A DNA stretch of 64,000 nucleotides from Eledone cirrhosa (GCA_964016885.1 OZ024754.1:6758001-6822000); one strand, 5' to 3'. Numbered from the stretch's first letter, positions 37,516-51,903 are shown. Made by a program: numbers and translations. The notes: generated by a model from the letters alone, not told the origin.

Positions 37516-37686
37516 TGAGACAGAATCCTTGATGATGACATCGGTATAATGGCCTGACGCCAAGTCTGGAAGGAGGGGCTGTTTGATAGTTGAATAAATA
37601 AAGTCCTGGTTATTCTTGATGACAGTTGCTAAGTTAGGGCTGGCTTTATAGAAGATGGTAATGTTGTCAGCAGGGACAAGGTGAGC
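37516..37686 (-). CDS. IARS1: IARS1 exon (AHLVPADNITIFY...DSVS)
   Basis: LVPxDxIT conserved; 171 nt, phase 0/0. Confidence 0.93.
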
Positions 37687-38310
37687 CTGAAATAAACAGT
37701 ATATATTGGTAAGTCATTATATTTAATCCTTTAGCATTCACTGGGCTACTGACCTCCCAGACAGGCTAGGGGAGAGGGACAACATCTCACTTGCATACGG
37801 TCTTACATTCTCAAGTGCACAGGAAAAGTTGTCATGTCTTTGACACAACTGAAGGGTCCTCCCAACTCTTTGAGAAGCTTTCTACTGCAAGACACCCTTC
37901 CTATCACCAACCACTTTACATATATATATACACACACACACACTCTATACATTAAAAAGTGGTTGGTGATAGGAATGGCATCCAGCCCTGATTTTTCAGT
38001 TGTGTTGACGGCATGACAACATACCTAGTGTTTTTTATCACAATAAAATGCATCCAGTACACTCTATAGAATAATAGAGCATATGTGAAACACACCCTCT
38101 GGTTCTTCTGAGAGATCAGTGGTTCCAGCTAGGTGAGATGTGATGACACATCCAACCCTTGCTAGCAGGGAAAACAGACGTTAAATAATGAGGATGATCT
38201 ACCTTCAGAGAATGTACGAAATAGGCTTCGGAACACACTAAAACACTTCACACTCACTAGCTTTTAGTACAGAGACATATTCAAAAAGACATACAGAATG
38301 TAGCTTCCCT

Positions 38311-38354
<44 letters not shown>

Positions 38355-38700
38355 ATACACACATGGTTTCTAGTACACACAGTGTGTACATATTTCCTTT
38401 TTTAGGAACGATCGTCTTTCGTCAGATCGGACCACGGAAACAATGTTTTCATTGGTCTTTCCAGTTGCTAATACTATCTATCGGTCGCAACTCCAGGTAG
38501 AAGGACCAACGTGAAATAAAGTGTCTTGCTCAAGGACATAACGCATCGCCCCGTCCGGAAATCGAACTCACAATCTCACGATTTCAAATCCAATTCTCTA
38601 ACCGCTCAGCCACACACCTTCACAAATATATATGTGCATATATAACTTCTAAATATTGCTGATGACTTAGTACACAAAGATCACACACACAATTACTTAC

Positions 38701-38796
38701 CTTCTTTCTCAACTTCTGGATACGGTTAATAACTTCTCTGGCAATACCTTCCTCTACCATAGACTTGTCAGGAGTCACATCCAACATTATCAGAAT
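38701..38796 (-). CDS. IARS1: IARS1 exon (ILIMLDVTPDKSMVEEGIAREVINRIQKLRKK)
   Basis: EGxAREVINRIQKLRKK conserved. Confidence 0.97.
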
Positions 38797-39626
38797 CTGA
38801 AGGATTAAATAAATTTTGTTAAGACTGATTTAATAGACAATCGTGCCCCTCTTATCCCTCTTGTAACCAGATTTATAATGCAATACCCTCTACTTCAATT
38901 AATTAATGAAGGATCTTGAGAGGATTAAAAAAAATCATTTATTATTTCATTACTAAGATAGTAACTTAAGATATGGTTCTTATATAAAATTATATTGGAA
39001 GATTTCAAGGGATCTAGCCGGATCAATTGAAGACAGTTGCTTCTGACAGGACTCACTGGAGGGAGTGTTTGAGGACTCTGTCCCCATGACCCTCTCAGGA
39101 CAAGTGGATGATTTCAATTTAAATAAGGACCCTTTCAAATAGGTGGTTTTGTTTCACAGAACCAGTGCCAGTTATGGGTAGTTGGGTGGGTTAGTATCAA
39201 AAGGGTGCCATGGTCAGTTTTGATTTTTATCCTGTCATCATTTAATGACCACTTGCTAGCAGGGAAAGTGGACGTTAAATGACAATGATGAATGACGATG
39301 AAGGGATAAAAAGCAAAACTGACCTTGGCAGGGTTTGAGCTCAGAACAAACACTGCAAGGCATTTTGTCCAATGCTATAATGGTTTTACAATCCAATTCA
39401 AATAATGGTTCCTGATTTTGGCACAAAGCCAACAATTTTTTTTATAGAAGGGAAAAGTTGATTTAATCGACACCAGTGCATTACTGGTACTTTATTTATT
39501 GACCCTGTAAGGATGAAAGGCAAAGTTAACCTCGGCGGGATTTGAACTCAGACTGTAAAGAGCTCAAATACTGCTGAAGTAAACTTTGCCTAATAAGATT
39601 AATAATATTACTAATTACTTTGTAAT

Positions 39627-40220
39627 TTCTACTAAATTCAGTCATTGGGACCCTTAAACCTCAGCCCACCGTTGTCCTCATAGTGTAAGGGGTTCTACTA
39701 AATTTAGTCATTGGGACCCTTAAACCTCAGCCCACCGTTGTCCTCATAGTGTAAGGGGTTCTACTAAATTCAGTCATTGGGACCCTTAAACCTCAGCCCA
39801 CCGCTGTCCTCATAGTGTAAGGGGTTCTACTAAATTTAGTCATTGGGACCCTTAAACCTCAGCCCACCGCTGTCCTCATAGTGTAAGGGGTTCTACTAAA
39901 TTTAGTCATTGGGACCCTTAAACCTCAGCCCACCGCTGTCCTCATAATATAAGGAGTTCTACTAAATTCAGTCATTGGGACCCTTAAACCTCAGCCCACC
40001 GCTGTCCTCATAATATAAGGAGTTCTACTAAATTTAGTCATTGTGACCCTTAAACCTCAGCCCACTGTTGTCCTCATAGTGTAAGGGGTTCTACTAAATT
40101 TAGTCATTGGGACCCTTAATCCTCAGTCCATCGCTGTCCTCATATTGTAAGGGGTTCTACTAAATTTAGTCATTGGGACCCTTAATCCTCAGTCCATCGC
40201 TGTGTCATATTGTAAGGAGT
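39627..40220. repeat. Minisatellite, 66-bp unit, ~9 copies
   Basis: ttctactaaatttagtcattgggacccttaaacctcagccc... Confidence 0.95.
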
Positions 40221-40233
40221 AATGACAACTTAC

Positions 40234-40521
40234 ATCATTATCAGAATGAGCTTCATACGCCGAGTCTCCCTGTGCCTTAGAGCCAACCTTGTAGGACAGC
40301 TGGAGCTCATCTTCTTCTAGAACATTGCCTAATACTGTCAGTTTTCCAGTGCTCTGGTATTCTGCTAACTGGTCGTCCCCTAATTTACGGATGGCAGCCA
40401 TCAGGTCTTTGTATTCTTTCTTGTACTTGGTTCCTAGAATCCTGTGATTTGGTTCGGCTGCCAACGTCACCCCATATTTCTCCTTGTTTGTGGTGACAGT
40501 TAATTGTTTTACATTCAGTTC
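40234..40521 (-). CDS. IARS1: IARS1 exon (ELNVKQ...AEPNH...EAHSDND)
   Basis: ELNV, AEPxH and EAHSD conserved; 288 nt. Confidence 0.96.
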
Positions 40522-40874
40522 CTATTAAAATACAACAGAGAAAAGAAAAATGGAGTTGATATTTAAAAAATGAAAGGCCGCATAGCGAATATTGTTATTT
40601 AGTTACTAACTTTTAACATCCTGTAATTATTTATAAGAAAATATTTATAAGAAAATATCTAGAAGAAAAAAAGTTATCTAATTCAAATATTTATAGATCT
40701 ATGGACAGATCATCATCACCGTTGTTTTACGTCCATTTTTCCACACTAGCATGGGTTAGACGAGTTGTCCTGTTGTGGAGAATGCTGGATCAGGTGACCA
40801 TGTCTTGCTCATACAGAACTGATTTTGGCTTGGTTTCTACAGCTAGATGCCCTTCCTAATGCTAACTTCATTTA

Positions 40875-41278
40875 CACTGTGGACTGGGTGCTTTTTACCG
40901 TGATGCCTACACAACCACTTTACAGTGTGGGCTGGGTGCTTTTTGTGTGGCATCTACACAACCATTTTACAGTGTAGACTGGGTGCTTTTTGTTGTGATA
41001 CCTACACAACCACTTTACAGTATGGACTGGGTGTTTTTTGTGACACATACACAACCACTTTACAGTGTGGGCTGTGTATTTTTTGTTGTGACACCTACAC
41101 CACCACTTTACAGTGTGGACTGGATGCATTTTGTCATGACACCTACATGACCATTTTACAGTGTGGACTGGGTGCTTTTTGTAGTGGCACCTACATGACC
41201 ACTTTAAAGTGTGGACTGGGTGCTTTTTGTTGTGGCACCTACATGACCACTTTACAGTGTGGACTGGGTGCTTTTTGA
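40875..41278. repeat. ~57-bp array derived from SINE interior
   Basis: ccactttacagtgtggactgggtgcttttt. Confidence 0.9.
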
Positions 41279-41713
41279 CGTGTTAGAGTAAAGATGTGAA
41301 TTTTGAATATGATACATTTTGTACATTTTCAGAATGTTTTACTGATGTGGATTCATATGGTAGAGAGAGTTAAGAGTTAATCAACATATATGGAGGCAAC
41401 ATACATTAGTGAAGACTTTTTAGTCTTGTCGAGGACTTATCAACCTATCTAAAGTTGGTGGCATGATAAAATGTATCCATTACACTTGGTAAAGTGTTTA
41501 GCCAGCATATTAAGTCTTGTCAAAGGTCGGACAATCTCTCTAGTTCTGCTGCCATGATGAAACACGAACAAGACATATCCCACGAACCTATACAAGTGGG
41601 CAGTAATTCCAAACAAGAACTGATATGGACCGTGATTAGTATACCAACATGGAAAGCAGACATTATGATGCCGATATATCGATGATGGTGATGATAAAAT
41701 GGTATTTTCTTAC

Positions 41714-41797
41714 CTCTAGAATATAAGTTTCCAAGGACTTAATGTCTTCCAAAACTTCAGGATCTTTGTGAATGGCAACAACTTCTTTAAGAGGATA
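41714..41797 (-). CDS. IARS1: IARS1 exon (YPLKEVVAIHKDPEVLEDIKSLETYILE)
   Basis: YPLKE...DIKSLE conserved. Confidence 0.96.
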
Positions 41798-41839
41798 CTA
41801 GGAAAGAAATAAAGATTGGATAATATCTCTCTCTTACGC

Positions 41840-42446
41840 ACAAATACAGCCACACACACACACATACAGCCACACACACTCATACACAGCCACACACACT
41901 CATACACAGCCACACACACACACAGCCACACACACTCATACACACAGCCACACATACAGCCATACACACACAGCCACACACACACACACACAGAGCCATA
42001 CACACACACACAACCTCACACAACCATACACACACACCTCACACAACCATACACACAACCTCACACAGCCATACATACACACACACAACCTCACACAGCC
42101 ATACATACACACAACCTAATACAACCATACACACACAACCTCACACAACCATACACACACACACACAACCTAATACAGCGATACACACACACAACCTCAC
42201 ACAACCATACCCACACACACAACCTCACACAACCATACACACACACACAACCTTATACAGCCATACACACACACACAACCTAATACAGCCATACACACAC
42301 AACCTCATACAACCATACACACACACAACCATGTACACAAACACAACCTTACACAACCATACACACACACACAACCTTATACAGCCATACACAGACACAA
42401 CCTCATACAACCATACACACACACACACACAACCATACACACACAC
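41840..42446. repeat. CA-rich low-complexity array
   Basis: Variants of acaaccatacacacac. Confidence 0.9.
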
Positions 42447-42499
42447 AGTATATTTCACAATTGCAACTATCAAGTACAACTATAAAACTGTGTTATTAC

Positions 42500-42602
42500 C
42501 TTTACTGGGAGTGTTTTGTGGTCTCGTACTACACGCCCTAATTCAATAACAGACTGCATCCGGGAGACAGCTCGTTCAATATCTTTCTTAATTAGTGAGT
42601 CA
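42500..42602 (-). CDS. IARS1: IARS1 exon (DSLIKK...MQSVIELGRVVRD...PVK)
   Basis: MQSVIELGR conserved. Confidence 0.96.
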
Positions 42603-43628
42603 CTGTAATAAAAATACAAAAAAAAAAATGAAGAGCCTATAATTATCCCAAATAGTAATTTCAGCTCATACAGGGATTAAATTAAAAAACTCTAACCGTC
42701 CTAAATCTAAAAAGCCCAGCTGAGGGCACAAATAAATTGCTATGGTCATCACTGGTGGGGCCCAACCTCACTGCTGGGGGCTCGGGGCAATTGCCTCCTT
42801 TGCACCCCCATTAAATCCAGCAGTCATTGCTGGTGCCCCCACGCCTACTGCAAGGGGCTTGGGGTAATTGTGTCCTCTGGACGTCCATTAAATCCAGCAG
42901 TCGTTGCTGGTGCCCCCACCCCTATTGCAGGGGGCTTGGGGTAATTGTGTCCTTTGCACCCCCATTAAATCCAGCGGTCGTTGCTGGTCCCCCCACCCCC
43001 ACTGCAGGGGGCGTGGGGCAATTGCTCCCCTTGCCTCCCATTAAATCTGGCCCTACCCATGTCTACTCTATATGGTCACTCAACTTGTTAAAACAAGGTC
43101 AATTTGTCCTTTCAATTTTTCAGGGCGGATGCTATAAAGTACCAGTGGAATGCTGGGGGTTGATTTCACCTGTTAACAACTTTACATTTATTAGTTTAAT
43201 GCTTGATATATATATTGGTGAAGGACACATTGCTGAGTGGTTAGAGAATTGGATTCGCAATCGTAAGGTTGTCAGTTCGATTCCTGGACCGGGCGATGCG
43301 TTATGTCCTTGAGCAAGACACTTTATTTCACGTTACTCCTTCTATCTGGAGTTGCGACCGATAGATAGTATTAGTAACTAGAAAGACCAACGGAAACATT
43401 GCTTCCTCGGTCCGATTTGACGAAAGTCGATTGACTGTCAATATATATATATATACATCGGACCGAGGAAATAATGTTTCCATTGGTCTTTCCAATTGCT
43501 AATTAATACTATCTATCGGTCGCAACTCCAGGTAGAAGGAGCAACGTGAAATAAAGTGTCTTGCTCAAGGACATAACGCATCGCCCGGTCGGGGAATCGA
43601 ACTCACAACCTCACGATTGCCAATCCAA

Positions 43629-43659
<31 letters not shown>

Positions 43660-43666
43660 CACATAC

Positions 43667-43788
43667 TTAACAGAAGGGAAAGAGAGGAAATGGATGCTTC
43701 TTAAATCAACTTTGCTTCCTTTCTTCTGGGGTAGAAAATGTCGTAGGTTTTGGTACATGTGTTCTGTGAGGTAAGGAATAAATGGAGC
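43667..43788 (-). CDS. IARS1: IARS1 exon (APFIPYLTEHMYQNL...SIHFLSFP)
   Basis: APxxPxLTExMYQNL and SIH conserved. Confidence 0.96.
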
Positions 43789-44406
43789 CTGGAATAATAG
43801 AAAGTAGAGAAGAAGTGTTTCAGTTAATAGAAGCAATGTTACTGCCAGACATTGAGATAAGGGTCCCTTCTTTAACTATATCAAAGTGGTGGGGGTTGCT
43901 ACAAATGTGGGTAAGTAGATGTGTGTGGAGGTGTGTAGCTTATTGGGTAGATAGGGGGAGTAATGGTCATAATGTGGGGCAGAGGTCGGGGGGGGGTGAA
44001 ACAGGGTGGAGGAGAGAGAGAGTTGAGACAGTAGGAGGAGAGAGAGAGAGAGTTGAGACAATAGGAGGAGGAGGAGAGAGAGAGACAGAAAGGAGGAGAT
44101 ACAGGGTGGAGGAGGCGGAGAGAGAGGAGGAGGAGATACAGGGTGGAGGAGAGAGAGAGAGAGTGAGACAGAGAGGAGGTGGAGGAGATACAGGGTGGAG
44201 GAGAGAGAGAGTGTGAGACAGGAGGAGGAGAGAGAGAGAGAGTGAGACAGAAAGGAGGAGGAGATAGAGTGTGAAGGAGAGAGAGAGAGAGGGTGAGGGA
44301 GGAGGAGATAGAGGGTGAAGGAGAGAGGGTGAGGGAGGAGGAGATAGAGGGTGAAGGAGAGGTCTGCAGAGAAGATATATATATAAATCAAGAGATTTCA
44401 ACTCAC

Positions 44407-44484
44407 CATTACTTTGGTCATAGTAAAGAGGACCCCAAACAGGGTCTCCAGGGCATACAGACAGTCTTGGTGGCCACATTCTCC
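44407..44484 (-). CDS. IARS1: IARS1 exon (GECGHQDCLYALETLFGVLFTMTKVM)
   Basis: ALETLF conserved. Confidence 0.95.
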
Positions 44485-45646
44485 CTAAAAGGACACAAAA
44501 ACATATACATCATCATCATTTAACGTCCACTTTCCACGCTAGCATGGGTTAGACAGGTAATCCCATTTGAGGTAAGTTGGGTCAGGTGACCGTATCTTCC
44601 TCTATAGGACTGTTTCTGACTAGGTTTCTATGGCTGGATGCCCTTCCTAAAGCCAACCATACACACACACACACACACATGTATCATCATCATTTTACGT
44701 CCGCTTTTCCCTGCTTGCAAGGGTGGGACGGGAACCGATTCTGGCTCGATTTCTACAGCTGGATGCCCTTCTAAACACCAACCTCATTTACAGTGAGTGC
44801 TGGGTGTTTTTTTTTTCCGTGGCGCCTACACGTCCACTTTACAGTGTGGGCTGGGTGCTTTTTTTTTGCCGTGGCACCTCCACGACCACTTTGCAGTGGA
44901 ATGATATGGACCCCAGTCCCTATCATCTCATTTCTACAGCTGAGTAAACTGGAGCAATGTGAAATAAAGTGTCTTACTCAAGGAAACAACACATCACCCG
45001 GTCCAAGAATTGAACTCACAACCTTTCGATTGCAAGGCCAATGTATATATATATATATATCATCATTTAGTCACTTCAGAAGTATTAAATAGAATACATT
45101 TGTTTATAAATCTTATGAATTATCAAAGCATGGAGAGTGTTTGAAATTGAAGCCTGCTCAATCAGATAACTCATAACCATTTAAGACACAGAGATCAATA
45201 AAATAGGTAGTAGGTTCAATATGATCAATTAAAAACTTATGAAGGTGGTCTACAGTTAACCCTTTAGCATTTACACTATTGTATTTTTGTGGTAAAAACT
45301 TTATCTTATATAATTATCTGATATAATATCCAATTTGTGAGATTTTGATGTTATTTCTTTTTTTGAGAACAATACTTTAACATCAATATGAATAGCCAGT
45401 TACAGCCAGTTTGAACAGAAAGAGTTGAGGGAATTTTGGCCAGAAATGGCTGGTTTAAATGCTAAAGGGTTAAATGGCTGTAAAAAAATGGCTGGACAAG
45501 CGTCCTGTTCAGAGGAAGAGTCTTGTACTCTCAGATGCTTAATGCAGAGGAAACCAAGATAAGCACTGGACTGATGAGCTTCTGGTCTTGGGGCAAATTT
45601 TAACTTTCTTTTTTGATAATAAGGTTGTAAGAAAAATGACACTCAC

Positions 45647-45738
45647 CTTCAGCCTCTTCCTGTTCATACGGACATACCAGTTGGTGAGTTGATCAACAAA
45701 CCTAAGGAGACGGGGGATTACAGTGTAGAGGTGGTAGG
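45647..45738 (-). CDS. IARS1: IARS1 exon (YHLYTVIPRL...LTNWYVRMNRKRLK)
   Basis: TNWYVRMNR conserved. Confidence 0.97.
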
Positions 45739-45779
45739 CTGCAATGGAAGACAATGGTTGACAGTGTAGAGGTGGTAGG

Positions 45780-46557
45780 CTGCCATGGTTTACAGAGCCC
45801 TCATCTACCAACCCTGCCATAAGTTAGAGAAAATACTAATTACAAGCCCTCATAGATGGGCCGCCATGTCTTACAGATCCCTCATCTACCCTGCCATAGT
45901 CTAGAGAAAACACTAATTACAAGCCCTCATAGATGGGCTGCCATGTCTTACAGAGCCCTCATCTACCCTGCCATAGGCTAGAGAAAACACTATATAATTA
46001 CAAGCCCTCATAGATGGGCTGCCATGTCTTACAGAGTCCTCAACTACCCTGCCATAGTCTAGAGAAAACACTATATAATTACAAGCCCTCATATATGGCT
46101 GGCATGGCTTACAGAACCCACCTCTACTTTGCTATAGGCTAGAGAAAACAATTACAAGCCCTCATAGATGGGCTGCCATGTCTTACAGAGCCTCATCTAC
46201 CCTGCCATAGGCTAGAGAAAACACTATATAATTACAAGCCCTCATAGATGGGCTGCCATGTCTTACAGAGCCTCATCTACCCTGCCATAGGCTAGAGAAA
46301 ACACTATATAATTACAAGCCCTCATAGATGGGCTGCCATGTCTTACAGAGCCTCATCTACCCTGCCATAGGCTAGAGAAAACACTATATAATTACAAGCC
46401 CTCATAGATGGGCTGCCATGTCTTACAGAGCCTCATCTACCCTGCCATAGGCTAGAGAAAACACTATATAATTACAAGCCCTCATAGATGGGCTGCCATG
46501 TCTTACAGAGCCTCATCTACCCTGCTATAGGCTAGAGAAAACACTATATAATTACAA
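45780..46557. repeat. Minisatellite, ~81-bp unit, ~9-10 copies
   Basis: attacaagccctcatagatgggctgccatgtcttacagag... Confidence 0.95.
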
Positions 46558-46644
46558 GAGATTCTTGGAGCTTTCATAAAACACTGAAATTACAGAATAA
46601 AACAAATCTGGCCTGGAAGTAAGAATGTTAAGTCTTGAACTTAC

Positions 46645-46765
46645 CTGCCATCTCTTCTCGGACGTATTTGACGAGGGACTGTGTAAAAGAGAGGATCCAA
46701 CAATCCATGTAGCTTGGAGATGGCTGGATTTTTTCTTCATCATACACAAACTTTATATTTTCCTC
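46645..46765 (-). CDS. IARS1: IARS1 exon (EENIKF...DCWILSF...EMA)
   Basis: Start of the anticodon-binding helical domain; AAG acceptor. Confidence 0.94.
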
Positions 46766-46814
46766 CTTCAAAGAGAGCAGAAAGCAATTTATACAAATGG
46801 CATGTATATATACA

Positions 46815-47580
46815 ATTTGTGTGTATACAGTATGTGTGTGTACAGTGTGTATACAGTTTGTGTGTATACAGTATGTGTGTATACAGTTTGTATATATACA
46901 GTATGTATATATACAGTATATATGTATACTGTTTGTATATATAGTTTGTATATATAATTTGTATATATAGTCTGTATATATAGTTTGTATATATACAGTA
47001 TATGTGTATACAGTTTGTATATATACAGTATATGCGTATAGTCTGTATGTATACTGTATATGTGTATACAGTATGAGTGTATACAGTTTATATATACAGT
47101 ATGAGTGTATACAGTTTATATATATACAGTATGAGTGTATACACAGTATATGTGTGTATACAGTTTGTATATATACAGTCACAATCTAACTTCTCTGTCC
47201 AATTCATGTGTGTGTGTGTGCATATGTGCAATGAAGACGATGATAATGATGATGACCGTGCTGATGATGATGGTGGTGTTGATGATAATGATGATGATAT
47301 TGATGATGATAATGATGGTGTTGATGAGAATGATGATGATATTGATGATGGTGTTGATGATAATGATGATGATATTGATGATGATAATGATGATGATATT
47401 GATGATGGTGATGATGGTGATGATAATGATGATGATGATGATGATGGTGATGTTGATGATGATATTGATGATGGTGATGTTGATGATAATGATGATGATA
47501 ATGATGGTGATGTTGATGACGATAATGATGGTGATGATGGTGATGTTGATGATAATGATGATAATGGTGATGATGATACA
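46815..47580. repeat. TA/TG-rich array followed by a degenerate (GAT)n tract
   Basis: tatacagt repeats, then a gatgat tract. Confidence 0.9.
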
Positions 47581-47861
47581 AACATCTAAACACACGAGAA
47601 GAAACATTTCTTTCTACTTTTGGCACAAGGCCAGAAATTATCCCAGTGCATTACTGGTACTTTATTTTCTCGACCCTCGTAAGGATGAAAGGCAAAGTTA
47701 ACCTCGGCGGGATTTGAACTCAGACTGTAAAGGGACGTAACTCTATGCTACAAAGCATGGCGTCCGACCCTCTACCGATACTGGAAGAAATATTGATATG
47801 AAATTATTGAAGGAAAGTCAAAAGAAATGAAGAAGAAAGCAGCAGAAGGGTGTTAAGTTAC

Positions 47862-48006
47862 CCTTTGTAATCTGTCGATGTTCATCATGAGGAAACGGTA
47901 AGCATTGTACCAGGGTAGGAAGACATCTTTGAGGATATCACGGACACCTGCTTCTTTGAATTTGAGGTTGTCAGCTCTTACAACAGGTGAGTTAATGAGG
48001 TATAAC
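47862..48006 (-). CDS. IARS1: IARS1 exon ([11 protein letters not shown]...PWYNAYRF...LQR)
   Basis: Highly conserved sequence. Confidence 0.97.
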
Positions 48007-48739
48007 CTGGAACAGATAACAGGTAAATGTTTATATGTGAGTGTGTGTGTGTGTGTGAATGCCTGTGTATGTGTGTGGGTGTGTGTGTGTGTAAATGCCT
48101 GTGTGTGTGTGTGTGTGTGTGCGGGTATGTGAATACCTGTGTGTGTGTGTGTGTGTGAATGTATGTGTTTCTGTGTGTGTGTGTATGTGAATGTGTGTGA
48201 GTGTGCGTCTGTCTGCCTCTGTGTATGAGTGTGTGTCCGTCTGTGTGTGTATGTATGTGTGTGTGAATGTGTATGTGTGTATGTATGTATATGTGTGTGT
48301 GAATATGTGTGTGTGCTTGTATGTGTGTGTGTGAAGGTGTATGAGTGAATGTGTGTGTGTCTGCTTGTATGCGTGTGTGTGAAGGTGTATGAGTGAATGT
48401 GTGTGTGTGTGCTTGTATGCGTGTGTGAAGGTGTATGAGTGAATGTGTGTGTGTGTGTGCTTGTATGCATGTGTGAAGGTGTATGAGTGAATGTGTGTGT
48501 GTGCTTGTCTGCGTGTGTGAGTGTGTGTGAAGGTGTATGTGTGAATGTGTGTGTGTGCTTGTCTGCGTGTATGAAGGTGTATGTGTGAATGTGTATGTGT
48601 GAATGTGTGTCTGTCAGTGTGTGTGTTTTAATGTCTGTTTTCTTTCCCAAGCTGGCATGGGTTGGACAAGATATCTTGAAGCTGTATCCTCCTAGCAGAG
48701 TGTTAGTAATATTCAGTATGTAGAAGACTAGAGACCAAC

Positions 48740-48823
48740 CTGAGGGCATCAGCGCCATATTTGTTGACAATGTCCATAGGATCTGGGTAATTCTTCTTGC
48801 GTTTACTCATCTTTTGTCCATCT
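48740..48823 (-). CDS. IARS1: IARS1 exon with KMSKS-type signature ([15 protein letters not shown]...YGADALR)
   Basis: KMSKR class I synthetase signature, the eukaryotic cytosolic IleRS form. Confidence 0.98.
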
Positions 48824-49826
48824 CTGTAAGAGGCACAAATCAGCTTCATATTAAATTGACATGAAACAAATGGATCGTTTAGGGCTAACACAACATCCCA
48901 TGTATCAATGCTATAGTTACCTGTACCAGATTCATCATTGTGCTAAGGTGCACTTAAGCACAGGGCCCCGTTGGCCCAAATTTTGTTACCTCTAACACAG
49001 GTCCTCATTTGTCCAAAATCCAGCACTGATAATTACATTAGTACTCCAGCTAAGTAAGTAAAGCTGGTAACAGGACAAGGTGAGATATGAAATGTAGGCA
49101 GCCATAGCTGACAATAAACCCAGGCAGGCCTTCAAAGCTAATAAACCCAGGCAAGATATAAAATGCAGGCCATCAAAGCTGGTAATACGCCCAAGCCAGA
49201 TGTAAAATGCAGGCCCTCAAAGCTGCTAATAGGCTATGGTAAAATATAAAATGCAGGCCCTCAAAGCTGCTAATAGACTATGGTAAAATATAAAATGTAG
49301 GCCTTCAAAGCTGCTAATAGGCTATGGTAAAATATAAAATGCAGGCCCTCAAAGCTGTAAATAGGCCCAGGTAAGATAAATACTCAAATCTAGCAAAGAC
49401 CCGACCAAAAATTTTAAATAATAAGTGTTATAAAGTTAATTAACCCTTCAGCATTTACATTACTCTATATTTACTATTATATTTTCATGGTAAAGGCTTT
49501 ACCTCACATAATATAGAATCTATGAGATTTTGATGACATTTATTTTGAGAACAATACCTTCACATCAGTATGAGTGGCCAGTTACAGCTGGTTTGAACAG
49601 AAAGAGGTGAGAGAATTCTGGTCAGATACAATTGGTTTAAAAGCTAAAGGGTTAAATATGTTCAGCCATTGGGAGAGGGATCTCATGAAGAGTTGAGAAG
49701 ACAAAGACAGCCACAGTCATTATCAAGTCCTCAAGGAGTTTACATAGCAATAGGTTGACAGATACTTAGGCAGAGTATAAAGCTGCAACATAGTTAAAAG
49801 GTAAATAGAAAAATGTGTTTACTAAC

Positions 49827-49913
49827 TGTGCAAGGACAAGTCCGTTACTTATGAGGTTCTTAAATGGTGGTTTTCCAAACAGAAGGGTGGATATGACGAG
49901 CAGTGTGTAGAAC
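49827..49913 (-). CDS. IARS1: IARS1 exon (FYTLLV...NGLVLA)
   Basis: Conserved sequence; phase consistent. Confidence 0.96.
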
Positions 49914-50671
49914 CTGTTAGAAATATAGAAATATACAAACATTATCATAATCACCAGAGGATTGGCAGTATCGATAGAGGATTGGGTGCCATGCTTTGTA
50001 GCATAGAGTTACGGCCCTTTACGGTCTGAGTTCAAATCCCGCCAAGGTTAACTTTGCCTTTCGTCCCTTACGGGCTCGATAAAATAAAGTACCAGTAATG
50101 CACTGGGATAATTGCTGGCCTTGTGCCAAAAGTAGAAACATTTATCATTATCTTCGATTAACATTTATTTTCTATACAGTCATGGGTTAGACAGGTTGTC
50201 ATGTTCTGAGACTAGACTAGTCAGGTGACCCTGCCTTACTCATCAGATGCTCCATTTCTGGCTGGGTTTAGACTAACTGGATGCCATTCCTAACACCAAC
50301 AACTTTACAGCATGTACTGGGGAGATTTTATCATGAATTCGGCACTGCCACCCTTACAGGGAAGACTGGGGTGGCTATGCTGTGACCCTAGCCTTTTAAT
50401 GTCCATTCTTCCATGTTAGCTATATTTATATAGTGAAGGTGTGTGGTTTAGTGGTTAGAGAGCTGGATTCACAATCATGAGGTAGTGAGTTCAAATCCCA
50501 GCCAAAGCAATACGTTGCATCCTTGAGCAAGACATTATATTACATGCTTCTTCTGCCAAGAGTTGTGACCAGTAGATAGTATCAGCAATTAGAAAGACCA
50601 ATGGAAACATTACTTCCTTGGTCTGATCTGATGAATTCCACCTCATTCAGTAAGTGAAGGAGGCCTGGGAT

Positions 50672-50710
<39 letters not shown>

Positions 50711-50859
50711 AGGGAGTGTCATTACAACAGCAGAGGTCCAACGAGCTGTTGATTCCAGAGTCGGGTGAGATTGATACAGATTGAACCTTGAGCTGACCAG
50801 TAGTGAAACACATGTCATCAATCAATAAACATAATGAAGGAGTAAGCATTCGTCCTTGT

Positions 50860-50896
<37 letters not shown>

Positions 50897-51088
50897 TAGA
50901 TATATACACCTGAATAAACATAATGAACATTTGACACCTCGTCCACATTATATATATGTATATATATATATATGATTCCAGTTCCTCGGAGGACTAACAA
51001 CACACCCAGGAGCTGGACATATCGATGTATTGACAGAGTGAAACACACTTCAACAACATGTGTACCTGTCTTTTCCACACCAATTCGG

Positions 51089-51143
51089 ACTGCCTGAAGA
51101 GGTCACAGCCAATAATAGCTGTCACCGAAATATATATAACAGT
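51089..51143 (+). ncRNA. Type I hammerhead, intact core, in an IARS1 intron (antisense)
   Basis: actgc CTGAAGA ggtcacagc-caataata-gctgtcacc GAAA tatata TA acagt. Confidence 0.75.
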
Positions 51144-51865
51144 AAATTTATAATTTATAATAAACAAAGCCAAATTTTACATATTTAACTTATTTTATTT
51201 TATTTTATTTTATTATATATATATATACACACATATACAAATGAATATATGAGAGGGATGAACACTGATACAAGTATACATGTGTTCGAATTGCAAATGA
51301 CCAAGTTAGCTAGGTTGAAAAAAATACTAATTTAAAATAATATGGTTTGCCTGTCTCATATATTCATTTGTATTACATGGCTCGGAAATATTCCCTTCTT
51401 TGAGCTATTTAATTGTAAAAGACTATTTCGAGTTTAGAACTCAATATATGATATACACATATATATATATTTATTATAAGAACAGATTAAAGTTTAGGCA
51501 AAGAATCACTGCTTTCACCCTCTTCAGATTTTAGTCTTCACATCTATCATTACTATGATGATTCCATTTTACGTCCGCTTTTCCCTGCTTGCAAGGGTGG
51601 GACGGGAACTGATGCTGGCTTGATTTCTACAGCTGGATGCCCTTCCTAACACCAACCTCATTTACAGTGAGTGCTGGGTGCTTTTTTGCTGTGGCATCTC
51701 CACGACCCCTTTGCAGTGGAATGATAGGGACCCCAGTCCCTATCATCTCATTTCTACAGCTGAGTAAACTGGAGCAATGTGAAATAAAGTGTCTTGCTCA
51801 AGGAAACAACACATCACCCGGTCTGAGGGTGATGTGTTGTATCCTTGAGCAAGTCACTTTATATA

Positions 51866-51903
<38 letters not shown>

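Noticed and set aside
47077-48770. Long ORFs rich in D, M, H, I, S or TH
   Set aside because: Translations of (GAT)n and (CA)n microsatellites; only the embedded IARS1 exons are real.
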